A DNA stretch of 64,000 nucleotides. Origin: Candidatus Poribacteria bacterium (GTDB lineage: Bacteria; Poribacteria; WGA-4E; WGA-3G). The DNA lies in NCBI GenBank assembly GCA_022394775.1, contig JAGFCB010000020.1:984-64983 (forward strand), in the 5' to 3' direction. Made by a program: the position numbers and the translations under genes. Under the pieces are notes generated by a model, which worked only from the letters and a program-made list of their open reading frames with translations, made no database searches and was not told the DNA's origin. Within the stretch, counting starts at the first letter, position 1; each line of letters starts with the position of its first letter. This document shows positions 15,241 to 23,679 of this stretch, piece by piece.

Positions 15241-16062
15241 CTAAGCCTCGGCAATGAGTGTCAGTTCCGTTTTTCCACCGAGCCCAGCAACGACAGGAAA
15301 CGTTTTTTCACCCGGCTTCCCATCTCTCGGAACATACCTGACTCGCGGCGAGAAGTAGGCATACAGTGCTGTATTCCGAGGGTTTGGCGTGGTATTGGGC
15401 CCGGAACCGTGCACCATCAGGCTGTGAAAAAACAGAGCACTACCCCCTGAAAGTGGCACATCCATCTGTTGTTTTGCAACCTCTTTCTGATCAGTAAGTT
15501 CCTCATCCTGCTCACGGGCAATGTGTCCCCAAGACTGCATACCCCATAGGTGGCTTTTCGGCACGACCTTGAAACAACCGTTTTCCGGCGTAGCGTCGTT
15601 GAGCGCGATACTCACAGTAACAAGGTTCGGCGGTTCCATCGGCCAATATGCCGAGTCTTGATGTAGTCCATGTGAGGAGCCGTGAAACGCCGGTTTGAAC
15701 ATCAGCGTGCTTCTAAAAAGCAATAGATCCTCGGATCCAGTGAGTTCTTGGACAACCGAGATAAGTTTCGGGTGCTGTGCAAGGTTCCGAAATACGTCGG
15801 AATACTGCCGTGTATTTTCTGCTTTCCGTAGCACCGGTAGATCGTTTCCTTGTATTTTGTCTTTAGCAAACGGTTCACGTTGTACGTGACGGCGGGCAAC
15901 CTCTGCCCGTTCTTTTTCTTCATCGGATTCCTGTCCGGCAGCGAACTGATGCAGCCGGTGAATCTCCGTTTGGCACGCCTCAACCTCTTCCGACGATAGC
16001 AATTCTTCAACGATAAGATACCCTTCTTTTTCAAAAAAGGATTTTCGCGCCTTCAAATCCAT
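15241..16062 (-). CDS. phytanoyl-CoA dioxygenase (PhyH) family Fe(II)/2-oxoglutarate dioxygenase
   Basis: ORF track start is 16074 (TTG). The ATG at 16062 has a GGAGG SD (16072-16068) lying inside the end of the upstream Nramp gene. Motifs FFEKEGYLIV and HQDSAYWP. Confidence 0.85.
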   Translation of the reverse strand: MDLKARKSFFEKEGYLIVEELLSSEEVEACQTEIHRLHQFAAGQESDEEKERAEVARRHVQREPFAKDKIQGNDLPVLRKAENTRQYSDVFRNLAQHPKLISVVQELTGSEDLLLFRSTLMFKPAFHGSSHGLHQDSAYWPMEPPNLVTVSIALNDATPENGCFKVVPKSHLWGMQSWGHIAREQDEELTDQKEVAKQQMDVPLSGGSALFFHSLMVHGSGPNTTPNPRNTALYAYFSPRVRYVPRDGKPGEKTFPVVAGLGGKTELTLIAEA

Positions 16063-16063
16063 T

Positions 16064-17494
16064 CTAACCTCCAATCAATTGTTTAACTTCCCAGATGATG
16101 CTTGAAATCGCGAACCCCATATAAACACACGAAGCAAGCAGCATCATGATCGTAGAGAGCCGTTTCGGTTTGGCGAAATCAGGCAGAAAGCGGTAGTTCA
16201 TGTAAAGCGTAAGTGGGACATAAATCGCCATAGCGAACCCGCCCATGTACGCCGCATTAAAGAGAAATCCCAATTCACTGACGTTTAATTGCTCCATTAC
16301 GAAGGTGATGACACACCCACCGACGATCCAGATACCTGCGATGAGAAGGTACCACCAACTCAGATCCCGCTTTTGCGCGCCTCGGAAGTTGGTATAGATA
16401 ATATCAGAAATGGAGCGTGATACGCCGTCAACCAGCGCAAGTTGTGTTCCGAAAAGTGTGGCAACACCGACCAATAAGAAAATCTTCTGTCCCGCCGCGC
16501 CCCAGAGTTCACCTAATATCCGGGCTTCATCGTAAATAAGTTTGCCGCGTTCAGGGACAATCCCTTGGGGATGTAAAACCGCGAGCGCGCCGAAAATGAA
16601 GAGCAGAATCGTGAGTGTGTTGAGTGCCCAGAAGAAAAGTATCTGGTCTTTTTTCACATACTGCCACCATACTGTGAAGCGTTTCCGATTTTCCTCCGTA
16701 GCCTCAAAAAGAAACCCGGTTGCGGGGACTTTCTCGGTCCTACCGCGAAGCGGATTTTGTAAGCCCGGCAACTGTGCCCCCATGCCGATATTTTTATCAC
16801 GCAAATAGAAAGTATAGAAAAGGTTGGCTGTGCCGCCTGCTCCGGCAAACACTAAAGCGATAAATAACTGTTTCACGGACATGTTTGGATCTTTGTAACC
16901 GACGTTTATCAAACCCGCGCCGAGTTCTTTCCATGTGTCCATTGAACCGATAGCGATAACGACAAGAATCAACCCAATCGTTACGATGGCGACGAGTAAC
17001 TCAACTGTCCGTTCGACAGAGGTATAGACCATCTTCGGTCCGAAAAGGATAAGCGCGACCCCCGCAAATGTCACTATTGTCCAAACGGTGTCAGAGCCCC
17101 AACCGCCGGGTCCAAGCACAAGTGCTTTGAGCGCGAGACCTGATGTGCGTGCCCATCCTGGTGCTATCCATCCGACTATTGTAAGTAGAATGAACAAAGG
17201 TGCGAAACCGCGCCAAATACGACTGTACCCTGTATACACTGTTTCGCCTGTCGCGATTGTCCAGCGTCCTACCTCAAAGTTAATCCACAGTTGGAGGAAC
17301 ACACCGAGGGCTGCCGCCCAGATCATGTTCCCGCCATACTCAGCAGCGATAAGGGGCCAAATTACACTTTCACCCGCGCCGATAGATAAACCGACCAAGA
17401 TAGCTCCGGGCCCCGCGATCTTCCAAAAAGGCAACTGTTTTTCTGGCAATTCGACGACCTTAAAATCGTCAAGCGGTTGATAGATTTTAGGCAT
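16064..17494 (-). CDS. Nramp-family (MntH-related) divalent metal transporter
   Basis: 476 aa, about 11 TM segments. N-terminal GPGAILVGLSIGAGESVIWP is typical of Nramp-related proteins. Confidence 0.75.
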   Translation of the reverse strand: MPKIYQPLDDFKVVELPEKQLPFWKIAGPGAILVGLSIGAGESVIWPLIAAEYGGNMIWAAALGVFLQLWINFEVGRWTIATGETVYTGYSRIWRGFAPLFILLTIVGWIAPGWARTSGLALKALVLGPGGWGSDTVWTIVTFAGVALILFGPKMVYTSVERTVELLVAIVTIGLILVVIAIGSMDTWKELGAGLINVGYKDPNMSVKQLFIALVFAGAGGTANLFYTFYLRDKNIGMGAQLPGLQNPLRGRTEKVPATGFLFEATEENRKRFTVWWQYVKKDQILFFWALNTLTILLFIFGALAVLHPQGIVPERGKLIYDEARILGELWGAAGQKIFLLVGVATLFGTQLALVDGVSRSISDIIYTNFRGAQKRDLSWWYLLIAGIWIVGGCVITFVMEQLNVSELGFLFNAAYMGGFAMAIYVPLTLYMNYRFLPDFAKPKRLSTIMMLLASCVYMGFAISSIIWEVKQLIGG

Positions 17495-17530
17495 ATCTCT
17501 TCCTCCGCATGTAACTGCTAATCTTGTGCC

Positions 17531-17579
17531 GCTGGCGAGGTTTTAAACCTCGCCAGCAAAAGATGCTGCGTAAGTCCTA
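17531..17579. repeat. REP-like element, family B (GCTGGCGAGGTTTTAAACCTCGCCAGC plus a GCGTAAGTCCTA tail)
   Basis: 11-bp stem ctggcgaggtt/aacctcgccag. A near-identical copy at 38086-38162 has both flanking arms. Confidence 0.7.
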
Positions 17580-17581
17580 CT

Positions 17582-20518
17582 CTAAGCTTGCGTCACTGCT
17601 TCGCGTAATACCTCAACCGGATGCTTCGGTTGCACACCTGTTCCATGTTCAAGTTGATGTCTGCAGGAAAAGCCTGCAGCACTAAGTGTGAAACTATCGG
17701 GCGGTTTTTCGCGCACAGCATCAAAAAGCCGTAACTCACCAATCTTCATAGAGATATCATAATGTGCCTTTTCATACCCGAACGCGCCAGCCATACCGCA
17801 GCAACTCGAATCGATCACTGTGACATTGTATTCTGCCGGTAGACTTAGCATCTTTGTAGTCGGTTGGATACCGACAAGTGCCCGCTGATGGCAATGTCCG
17901 TGGAGCAATATATCTCGTGGTTCCAGCGAGAATTCTAAGGGCAATTCGCCGTTTTCCTTGAGTTGTATAAAGAATTCTTCAAACGAACAAGTTACTTCAG
18001 CAACCCGTTTAGCGTCTCGTGTGCCGATCAACTCAACATAATCATCAGTAATTGCAGAGGTACAGCTCGGTTCACATCCAATAATCGGAATCCCTTCGTC
18101 AGCGTAACAGCGAAGCGCGTCAATGTTATAAGTCGCATTCTCAATCGCTCGGTCAAGCATCCCTTCTGAGATGAGTGGACGGCCGCAACACCGCTTCTTA
18201 GGGAGTAGCACTTCAAATCCACACGCTTCCAGTAACTCTACTGCAGCCATACCGATAGAAGGCTCGCTATAGTTCATGAAGGTATCTGAAAAGAGGACAA
18301 CCTTTTTATCTGAGGTCCGTCGGTCCCGTCTTTTTCGGAACCACTGTTCATAAGTAGGACGCACAAAAGTAGGCATATCGCGTCGCCGGTCGACACCGAT
18401 TAATTTCTCAGCGAACCATTTGGAAAATCCGTTGTTAACTGTCCAGTTAGAGAAAGGGGAAAACATTGAACCGAGGGGCGCGAGCGCACCGATTTCACCG
18501 AACAATCGCCGATGCAAGGGTAAGCCGTTTGCTTTGTGGTAATGTGCCATGACCTCATATTTAATTTTTGCCATGTCTACATTAGATGGACATTCCGCTT
18601 TGCAGGCTTTACATCCAAGACATAAATCCAGTACCTCTTGTAGTCGTTCATCCGTGAATTCCGTGTGGGGTAGCGCACCTGAAATAATGGAGCGGAGCGC
18701 ATTTGCTCGCCCACGCGTTGAGTGTTCTTCTTCACGGGTGCCTATAAAAGATGGACACATAGTGCCTGTCAAAGTCTTCCTGCATGCGCCGACCCCGTTG
18801 CACATCTCAATGGCTCTACCAAACCCGTCTTGGCTCGAGAAATCGAAGTAGGTATCAATTTTAACTGTATTGTAGTCTGCACCGAAACGGAGGTTTTCTG
18901 TCATCGGCGGGGCATTGACAATTTTGCCCGGATTCATGATACCGTTCGGGTCAAATGCTTTTTTTACCTCAGTCAGTGCTTGATATATTTGAGACCCGAA
19001 CATGCTCTCTATCCATTCACTTCGGACGAGCCCGTCGCCGTGTTCTCCACTCATTGCCCCGTCCAATTCCATGAGCAAATCCCGGACTTCGCGCGCGATG
19101 TCATGCATCTTTTGAATATCAGTTTCGGATTTGAGGTTAACGATGGGGCGGTTGTGCAATAGACCGACGCTCGCGTGTGCATAGTAGGCAGCAGTCGTGT
19201 CGTGTGCTGTGACGATCTCGTCAAATCTCCGGACGTATTCCGGTAAATGCTCTATGGGTACAGCGGCATCTTCAACAAAGCCGACGGGTTTAGCATCGCC
19301 TTTCATCCCCATCAACAAGCCGAGTCCGGCTTTTCGGGTTTCCCAGACGCGAGTTTTCTCTTCGGCAGTGAAACAGCGTATAAATGCGTAACCGAACCCC
19401 GCACTTTTCAATGTTTTTTCAAGTCGGTCCAACTGTGATTCCAATTCGGCTTGTGTTTCACCGTAGAATTCGACGGCAAGGAGCGCAGCAGGCTCGCCTT
19501 CTATGAAGGTCGTAAGCCGTGAAAACTCTAATGAACCTCGCGCCATATCAAGGATCGTTTTATCTATCAGTTCTACAGCGGTTGGATTACATTCTAAGAT
19601 CGGTTGCATCGCTTCCATGGACGCGATGAGGGATTCAAAGTGGACAACACACAGCGCGGTCAGTTTCGGAATCGGAACGAGATTAACTATTGCTTCAACA
19701 GTTGTCGCGAGTGTTCCCTCAGAACCGACGAGAATTTTCGCCAGACTAAATGGGTGGTTTTCATCGCATCCGTCACGACGATACGGTGTGACCTCTTTTG
19801 AACCGGCATCTGTAACAAACTCATCAAGATTATAGCCTGCGACGCGACGCAGGATACGCGGATAACGTTTACGAATTTCTGCTGCGTTGTCCTCGCAAAT
19901 ACGACAAAGTTCGCGATAGATATTTGCCTCTAATGTCTTTCCGTGTTTTTTACTTTCTAATTCTTTTGGTGAAATAGGGAATGCTGTGATTTCGTCGGCA
20001 TTGGAAAGCACTAAGTCAAGCGACATGACGTGATCGATGGTTTTACCGTAAATGAGTGAATGCGAACCTGCGGAATTGTTTCCGATAGTGCCGCCGACAT
20101 TCGCTCGACTACTTGTGGCAACATCCGGAGCGTACATTAAACCGTGCGGCTTTAATTTATGGTTCAACTCGTCTAAGACGATACCAGGTTGCACGCGTGC
20201 CCAGCGTTCAGAGACATCTACCTCAAGCAGTTCGTTCATGTATTTGGACATATCTAACACGATTGCCTCACCAACGCTCTGCCCGGCGAGGCTCGTCCCA
20301 CCACCGCGTGGAAGAATTGGGACGTTGTGTTCTGACGCAATTTGTACCGTCTTGATAACGTCTTGGCGGTCTCTCGGAATTACGACACCTATGGGTTGTA
20401 TTTGATAAAGGCTTGCGTCTGTACTATAGAGTGCTTTAGAATATAGATCAAAACGCACTTCGCCTGCAAGTGTATCCGATAAATGTGCTTCAAGGGTTTC
20501 TGATGTGGAAGTGTTCAT
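17582..20518 (-). CDS. FAD-linked oxidase fused to 4Fe-4S and CCG domains (GlcD-GlcF/YdiJ-like 2-hydroxyacid dehydrogenase)
   Basis: 978 aa. FAD_binding_4-like PRGGGTSLAGQSVG. Ferredoxin motif CLGCKACKAECPSN. C-terminal cysteine-rich CCG repeats. Confidence 0.85.
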   Translation of the reverse strand: MNTSTSETLEAHLSDTLAGEVRFDLYSKALYSTDASLYQIQPIGVVIPRDRQDVIKTVQIASEHNVPILPRGGGTSLAGQSVGEAIVLDMSKYMNELLEVDVSERWARVQPGIVLDELNHKLKPHGLMYAPDVATSSRANVGGTIGNNSAGSHSLIYGKTIDHVMSLDLVLSNADEITAFPISPKELESKKHGKTLEANIYRELCRICEDNAAEIRKRYPRILRRVAGYNLDEFVTDAGSKEVTPYRRDGCDENHPFSLAKILVGSEGTLATTVEAIVNLVPIPKLTALCVVHFESLIASMEAMQPILECNPTAVELIDKTILDMARGSLEFSRLTTFIEGEPAALLAVEFYGETQAELESQLDRLEKTLKSAGFGYAFIRCFTAEEKTRVWETRKAGLGLLMGMKGDAKPVGFVEDAAVPIEHLPEYVRRFDEIVTAHDTTAAYYAHASVGLLHNRPIVNLKSETDIQKMHDIAREVRDLLMELDGAMSGEHGDGLVRSEWIESMFGSQIYQALTEVKKAFDPNGIMNPGKIVNAPPMTENLRFGADYNTVKIDTYFDFSSQDGFGRAIEMCNGVGACRKTLTGTMCPSFIGTREEEHSTRGRANALRSIISGALPHTEFTDERLQEVLDLCLGCKACKAECPSNVDMAKIKYEVMAHYHKANGLPLHRRLFGEIGALAPLGSMFSPFSNWTVNNGFSKWFAEKLIGVDRRRDMPTFVRPTYEQWFRKRRDRRTSDKKVVLFSDTFMNYSEPSIGMAAVELLEACGFEVLLPKKRCCGRPLISEGMLDRAIENATYNIDALRCYADEGIPIIGCEPSCTSAITDDYVELIGTRDAKRVAEVTCSFEEFFIQLKENGELPLEFSLEPRDILLHGHCHQRALVGIQPTTKMLSLPAEYNVTVIDSSCCGMAGAFGYEKAHYDISMKIGELRLFDAVREKPPDSFTLSAAGFSCRHQLEHGTGVQPKHPVEVLREAVTQA

Positions 20519-20579
20519 ATTTCTTATCCAAGGCGACCATGCTCACAACAACTGAAGATTCTTAGAAATCTTAAAAAAT

Positions 20580-20608
20580 TTGACATTACTATCTGAATAA
20601 AGTATAAT
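20580..20608 (+). promoter_or_regulatory. consensus sigma70 promoter (TTGACA-17-TATAAT) for tRNA-Leu
   Basis: TTGACA 20580-20585 and TATAAT 20603-20608. The tRNA starts at 20619. Confidence 0.7.
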
Positions 20609-20618
20609 TAATCACAAT

Positions 20619-20702
20619 GCTCCTGTGGTGGAATTTGGTATACACAGCAGGTTGAGGGCCTGTGCCTTAATTGGCATGCTGGTTCGAGTCCAGTCGGGAG
20701 CA
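20619..20702 (+). tRNA. tRNA-Leu (anticodon GAG), type II with long variable arm
   Basis: Folded by hand: acceptor gctcctg/cgggagc, anticodon stem gcagg/cctgt with loop ttGAGgg, variable arm gcc-ttaatt-ggc, T arm gctgg-ttcgagt-ccagt. Confidence 0.9.
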
Positions 20703-20705
20703 TCT

Positions 20706-21863
20706 TTATTTTTCTTTACCCTCCGCAAGCAGTTCTTGATATACTTGATATGTCCGTTCCGCAATCGTCTCCCACGTAAAAATTTCGATACGCTCAAGCC
20801 CACGCGTAACCAGATCCTTCCGGAGGTGTGCATCGTGTGCGATCTGATGAATCCGTTCCGCTAAAGCCTTTGAATCGGCTTCAGGAAAGACGAGCCCGGC
20901 ATCGTCAATCACGTGTGGAATTTCACCAGAATCTGAACCAATGACTGGTACTTCGCATGCCATTCCTTCTATAAGCACTCTGCCAAAGAATTCTACCCAT
21001 CCCGCGGTCGTCCGGGAAGGCAAGACGAGTGTGTCCATACAATTAATGTAGGCGGCTACCTCTTCCGGTGGTACTGCATCTATCCACACAATATTTTCTG
21101 AAATACCGAGAGTTTCAGCACTTTTTTGGAAATCCGGTTTATCTTCGCCTTGCCCGAGAATTAAAAGTTTATAGGTGTACGTAGTATCGCGGCTTGCAAG
21201 ACCCGCTATGGCTTCAAGGAGTGTATCTATGCCCTTCATCTGAAGCAGTCTGCCGACATAACCAACCACAAAACAATCGCTAAGTCCGAGTGAATTTCTC
21301 AGTTCGCTGGCATCTATTTTATAGAAGTGGCGTACATCAACGCCATTTGGGAATGGAGTCTGATTTCCTGTATAGCCGCGTTCGGTCAGAATTCTGCCAG
21401 CGTTTTCACTCAGTGGAAACGCTCTATCTGTTTCTCGAAAGACGCTTCGTTCAATCCATACCGGTAGTGCCCCGAATCGCTGCTTCGTTGATATGCTCAG
21501 TGATGTCCGGAAAATAAAACGACTGTTTGGACAATACTTGCGTTTCAAACGAACGGTTTGTAGGGCATTGAGACTCCACGCCTCTTCCTCTAAGTGGATA
21601 ATATCCGGCTGGAAATCCCGGAAGTGAGGCTTCACGCCACGGCGATAGTAGAAGCGACTACCGTAACCGGAGAATCGGATCGGGCATGGAAACTCTTCAC
21701 ACGGCGTGTCTGGTTCGGGTTCAAAGATAATATCTTGAAAACTTTCATACCAGCGCGCTGGTGTGACAACACGCAGTTTGACATCCGGGCGTTCCGCAAT
21801 AAGCGCGAACTTACGCCGGTAGGGCTTCATAATGTAAGAATGTGAAAGGACTAAGACACGCAA
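20706..21863 (-). CDS. glycosyltransferase family 4 (GT-B fold)
   Basis: 385 aa. C-terminal FFGRVLIEGMACEVPVIGSDSGEIPHVI (EX7E-type motif). Confidence 0.85.
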   Translation of the reverse strand: MRVLVLSHSYIMKPYRRKFALIAERPDVKLRVVTPARWYESFQDIIFEPEPDTPCEEFPCPIRFSGYGSRFYYRRGVKPHFRDFQPDIIHLEEEAWSLNALQTVRLKRKYCPNSRFIFRTSLSISTKQRFGALPVWIERSVFRETDRAFPLSENAGRILTERGYTGNQTPFPNGVDVRHFYKIDASELRNSLGLSDCFVVGYVGRLLQMKGIDTLLEAIAGLASRDTTYTYKLLILGQGEDKPDFQKSAETLGISENIVWIDAVPPEEVAAYINCMDTLVLPSRTTAGWVEFFGRVLIEGMACEVPVIGSDSGEIPHVIDDAGLVFPEADSKALAERIHQIAHDAHLRKDLVTRGLERIEIFTWETIAERTYQVYQELLAEGKEK

Positions 21864-21881
21864 GGTGCTAATTATATTGGT

Positions 21882-22274
21882 TTACTCAGAGTGTCCCGAG
21901 TCAGTTCCAGAGGATGGTGATGCTTCGTCTGGCGCATCATCCTGTGTCGTAAAAGCGATTTCATCACCTATATCTGGTGCCTCTATTTCATTTGATGCAG
22001 AGAGGACATTCATCAAACCTTCAAGCCTTTCTTTAACCTCGGAGCGTTCTTGAGAAGTCGATAAGCGTTCTAAATCGAGCTCTTCTTCAAGTTCGCTATT
22101 ATGGGTTTCGAGTTCTTGAATCTTTGTGTCGCGTTGTAGTACCACACTGTTGAGGCGCGCAACTTCAGCCTCCAGTTCGAGTTTATCCGCTCGCAACTGC
22201 TGAACAGTCGAAATTGCGAGTTCAACATGTTCTTCCAGAAGTGATACAATACTTTGTTCAAATGATTCAGACAT
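21882..22274 (-). CDS. acidic coiled-coil protein (ZapB-like pattern, uncertain)
   Basis: 130 aa. Heptad-rich LEEHVELAISTVQQLRADKLELEAEVARL with an acidic tail. The family assignment is only a resemblance. Confidence 0.5.
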   Translation of the reverse strand: MSESFEQSIVSLLEEHVELAISTVQQLRADKLELEAEVARLNSVVLQRDTKIQELETHNSELEEELDLERLSTSQERSEVKERLEGLMNVLSASNEIEAPDIGDEIAFTTQDDAPDEASPSSGTDSGHSE

Positions 22275-22493
22275 ATTGTGGTCTCCTCCAAGGTCATTTA
22301 TAACCTAAGTTACTACCTAAGCAAAACAACTCATTCCATCATGTGAGTTGTCTTCCAATCAATACGTCAACATGACCGAATTATATGTTGTTTCCGCTTA
22401 GAAGTCAAATTAAATCTTTTGTAGTTCTGAACGTCTATAATTTTAAGATAGCAGTTTAGATTATTTTTCCTGATTATATAGAAAATTTACAAT

Positions 22494-22508
22494 TCCCTGC
22501 TACAGGGA
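22494..22508 (-). terminator. possible terminator hairpin downstream of ogg
   Basis: tccctg-cta-caggga. On the minus strand it is followed by aattgtaaatttt, an imperfect U tract. Confidence 0.35.
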
Positions 22509-22514
22509 CAAGAC

Positions 22515-23399
22515 TCACGTTGATTCAATAAGCGACAAATGTTCGGCATCTGCCCAATTTGGACATTCATGAACATAGTGAAAGAGATACTGCTGTGCAT
22601 AACCAGCACCGTCTCCGAAGTAACTATCTGCGAAGTGGCGTATTTCACGATGCGTCGCACTTCGTCGGAAATAAAGGGTCTCAAAAATCCGCTTTATCCA
22701 GACATCAATCGGCAATGCGGGGAGATGTCCAAGCGAAAATAGACAAATGCAATCAGCGACCTTTTCACCGATGCCATCTCGACACATTAATGCTTGTTTC
22801 GCCTCAGGATACGACATCTGCTTCACTAATGTAAGAGGAAGTTCACCACTAACGACGGCTTGGGCAGCGTTCCGGAGATAGGTCGCTCGGTAACCCGTAC
22901 CGCACGCAAGAAGTTCTTCCTCCGTTGCTTCAGCAAGTGCATCTGGGTTCGGAAAACTATAATCCACATATCCGGCGAGTGTCAAGTGTTTACCGAAACG
23001 TTCAGATAGCCGACGAATAATCCCGCGAATCCGAGGGACATTATTGTTTTGCGATAAAATGAACGATGCGACTGTTTCCCAAAGTTCTTGATTCAGAATG
23101 CGCATTCCCCAGAGTTTTTCAATGGCTCGATGCATATAGGCATCGTTGTTAACTTCGGTGAGAATCTTCGGCACATCTCGCTCAATGTCAAGATAATGAC
23201 GGAGAAATGGAACGAAGTGTATCTCATCTTCGTCGTCAGAATTCTCAACATGCAAGGTTGTTCCTTCTTGGAATATTTTAAGGATACGTCCTTCTACTAC
23301 ACCGTAGTAAGCGTTGTCTATCCGATTCCATCGAAACGATTGACCCGATTCTAAAGTATATTTCAGGCTGAAATCTGTTACATTCTGTATCTGCATCAT
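22515..23399 (-). CDS. ogg: 8-oxoguanine DNA glycosylase / HhH-GPD family DNA glycosylase
   Basis: 294 aa. N-terminal LESGQSFRW. HhH-GPD segment LMCRDGIGEKVADCICLFSLGHLPALPIDVW. Confidence 0.8.
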   Translation of the reverse strand: MMQIQNVTDFSLKYTLESGQSFRWNRIDNAYYGVVEGRILKIFQEGTTLHVENSDDEDEIHFVPFLRHYLDIERDVPKILTEVNNDAYMHRAIEKLWGMRILNQELWETVASFILSQNNNVPRIRGIIRRLSERFGKHLTLAGYVDYSFPNPDALAEATEEELLACGTGYRATYLRNAAQAVVSGELPLTLVKQMSYPEAKQALMCRDGIGEKVADCICLFSLGHLPALPIDVWIKRIFETLYFRRSATHREIRHFADSYFGDGAGYAQQYLFHYVHECPNWADAEHLSLIEST

Positions 23400-23542
23400 G
23401 GTCGTGCTACGTTTTGGTCAGGACTTGCAAGCAGTATTTCTGATGTTCGTCTATATTAAGTATATAGCATATTTCAAAAATTAGCAAATTTTTATATTAT
23501 TATCGGGAGGTAACAACTTGGGTTAGGAGCGAGTTCTATAAT

Positions 23543-23571
23543 TTGACATTTGTACGGTTTACGCGTATAAT
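23543..23571 (+). promoter_or_regulatory. consensus sigma70 promoter (TTGACA-17-TATAAT)
   Basis: TTGACA 23543-23548 and TATAAT 23566-23571, upstream of the PpiD-like gene. Confidence 0.65.
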
Positions 23572-23679
23572 ATTAACACCGCTTCGTAACATAGACATCT
23601 GTTAACCGAAACCGAGTTGGGGCTCGGAATAGACCCAATTCGTTCCTTGGATGACATTCAGGAGATACCTTTAAAAAAT

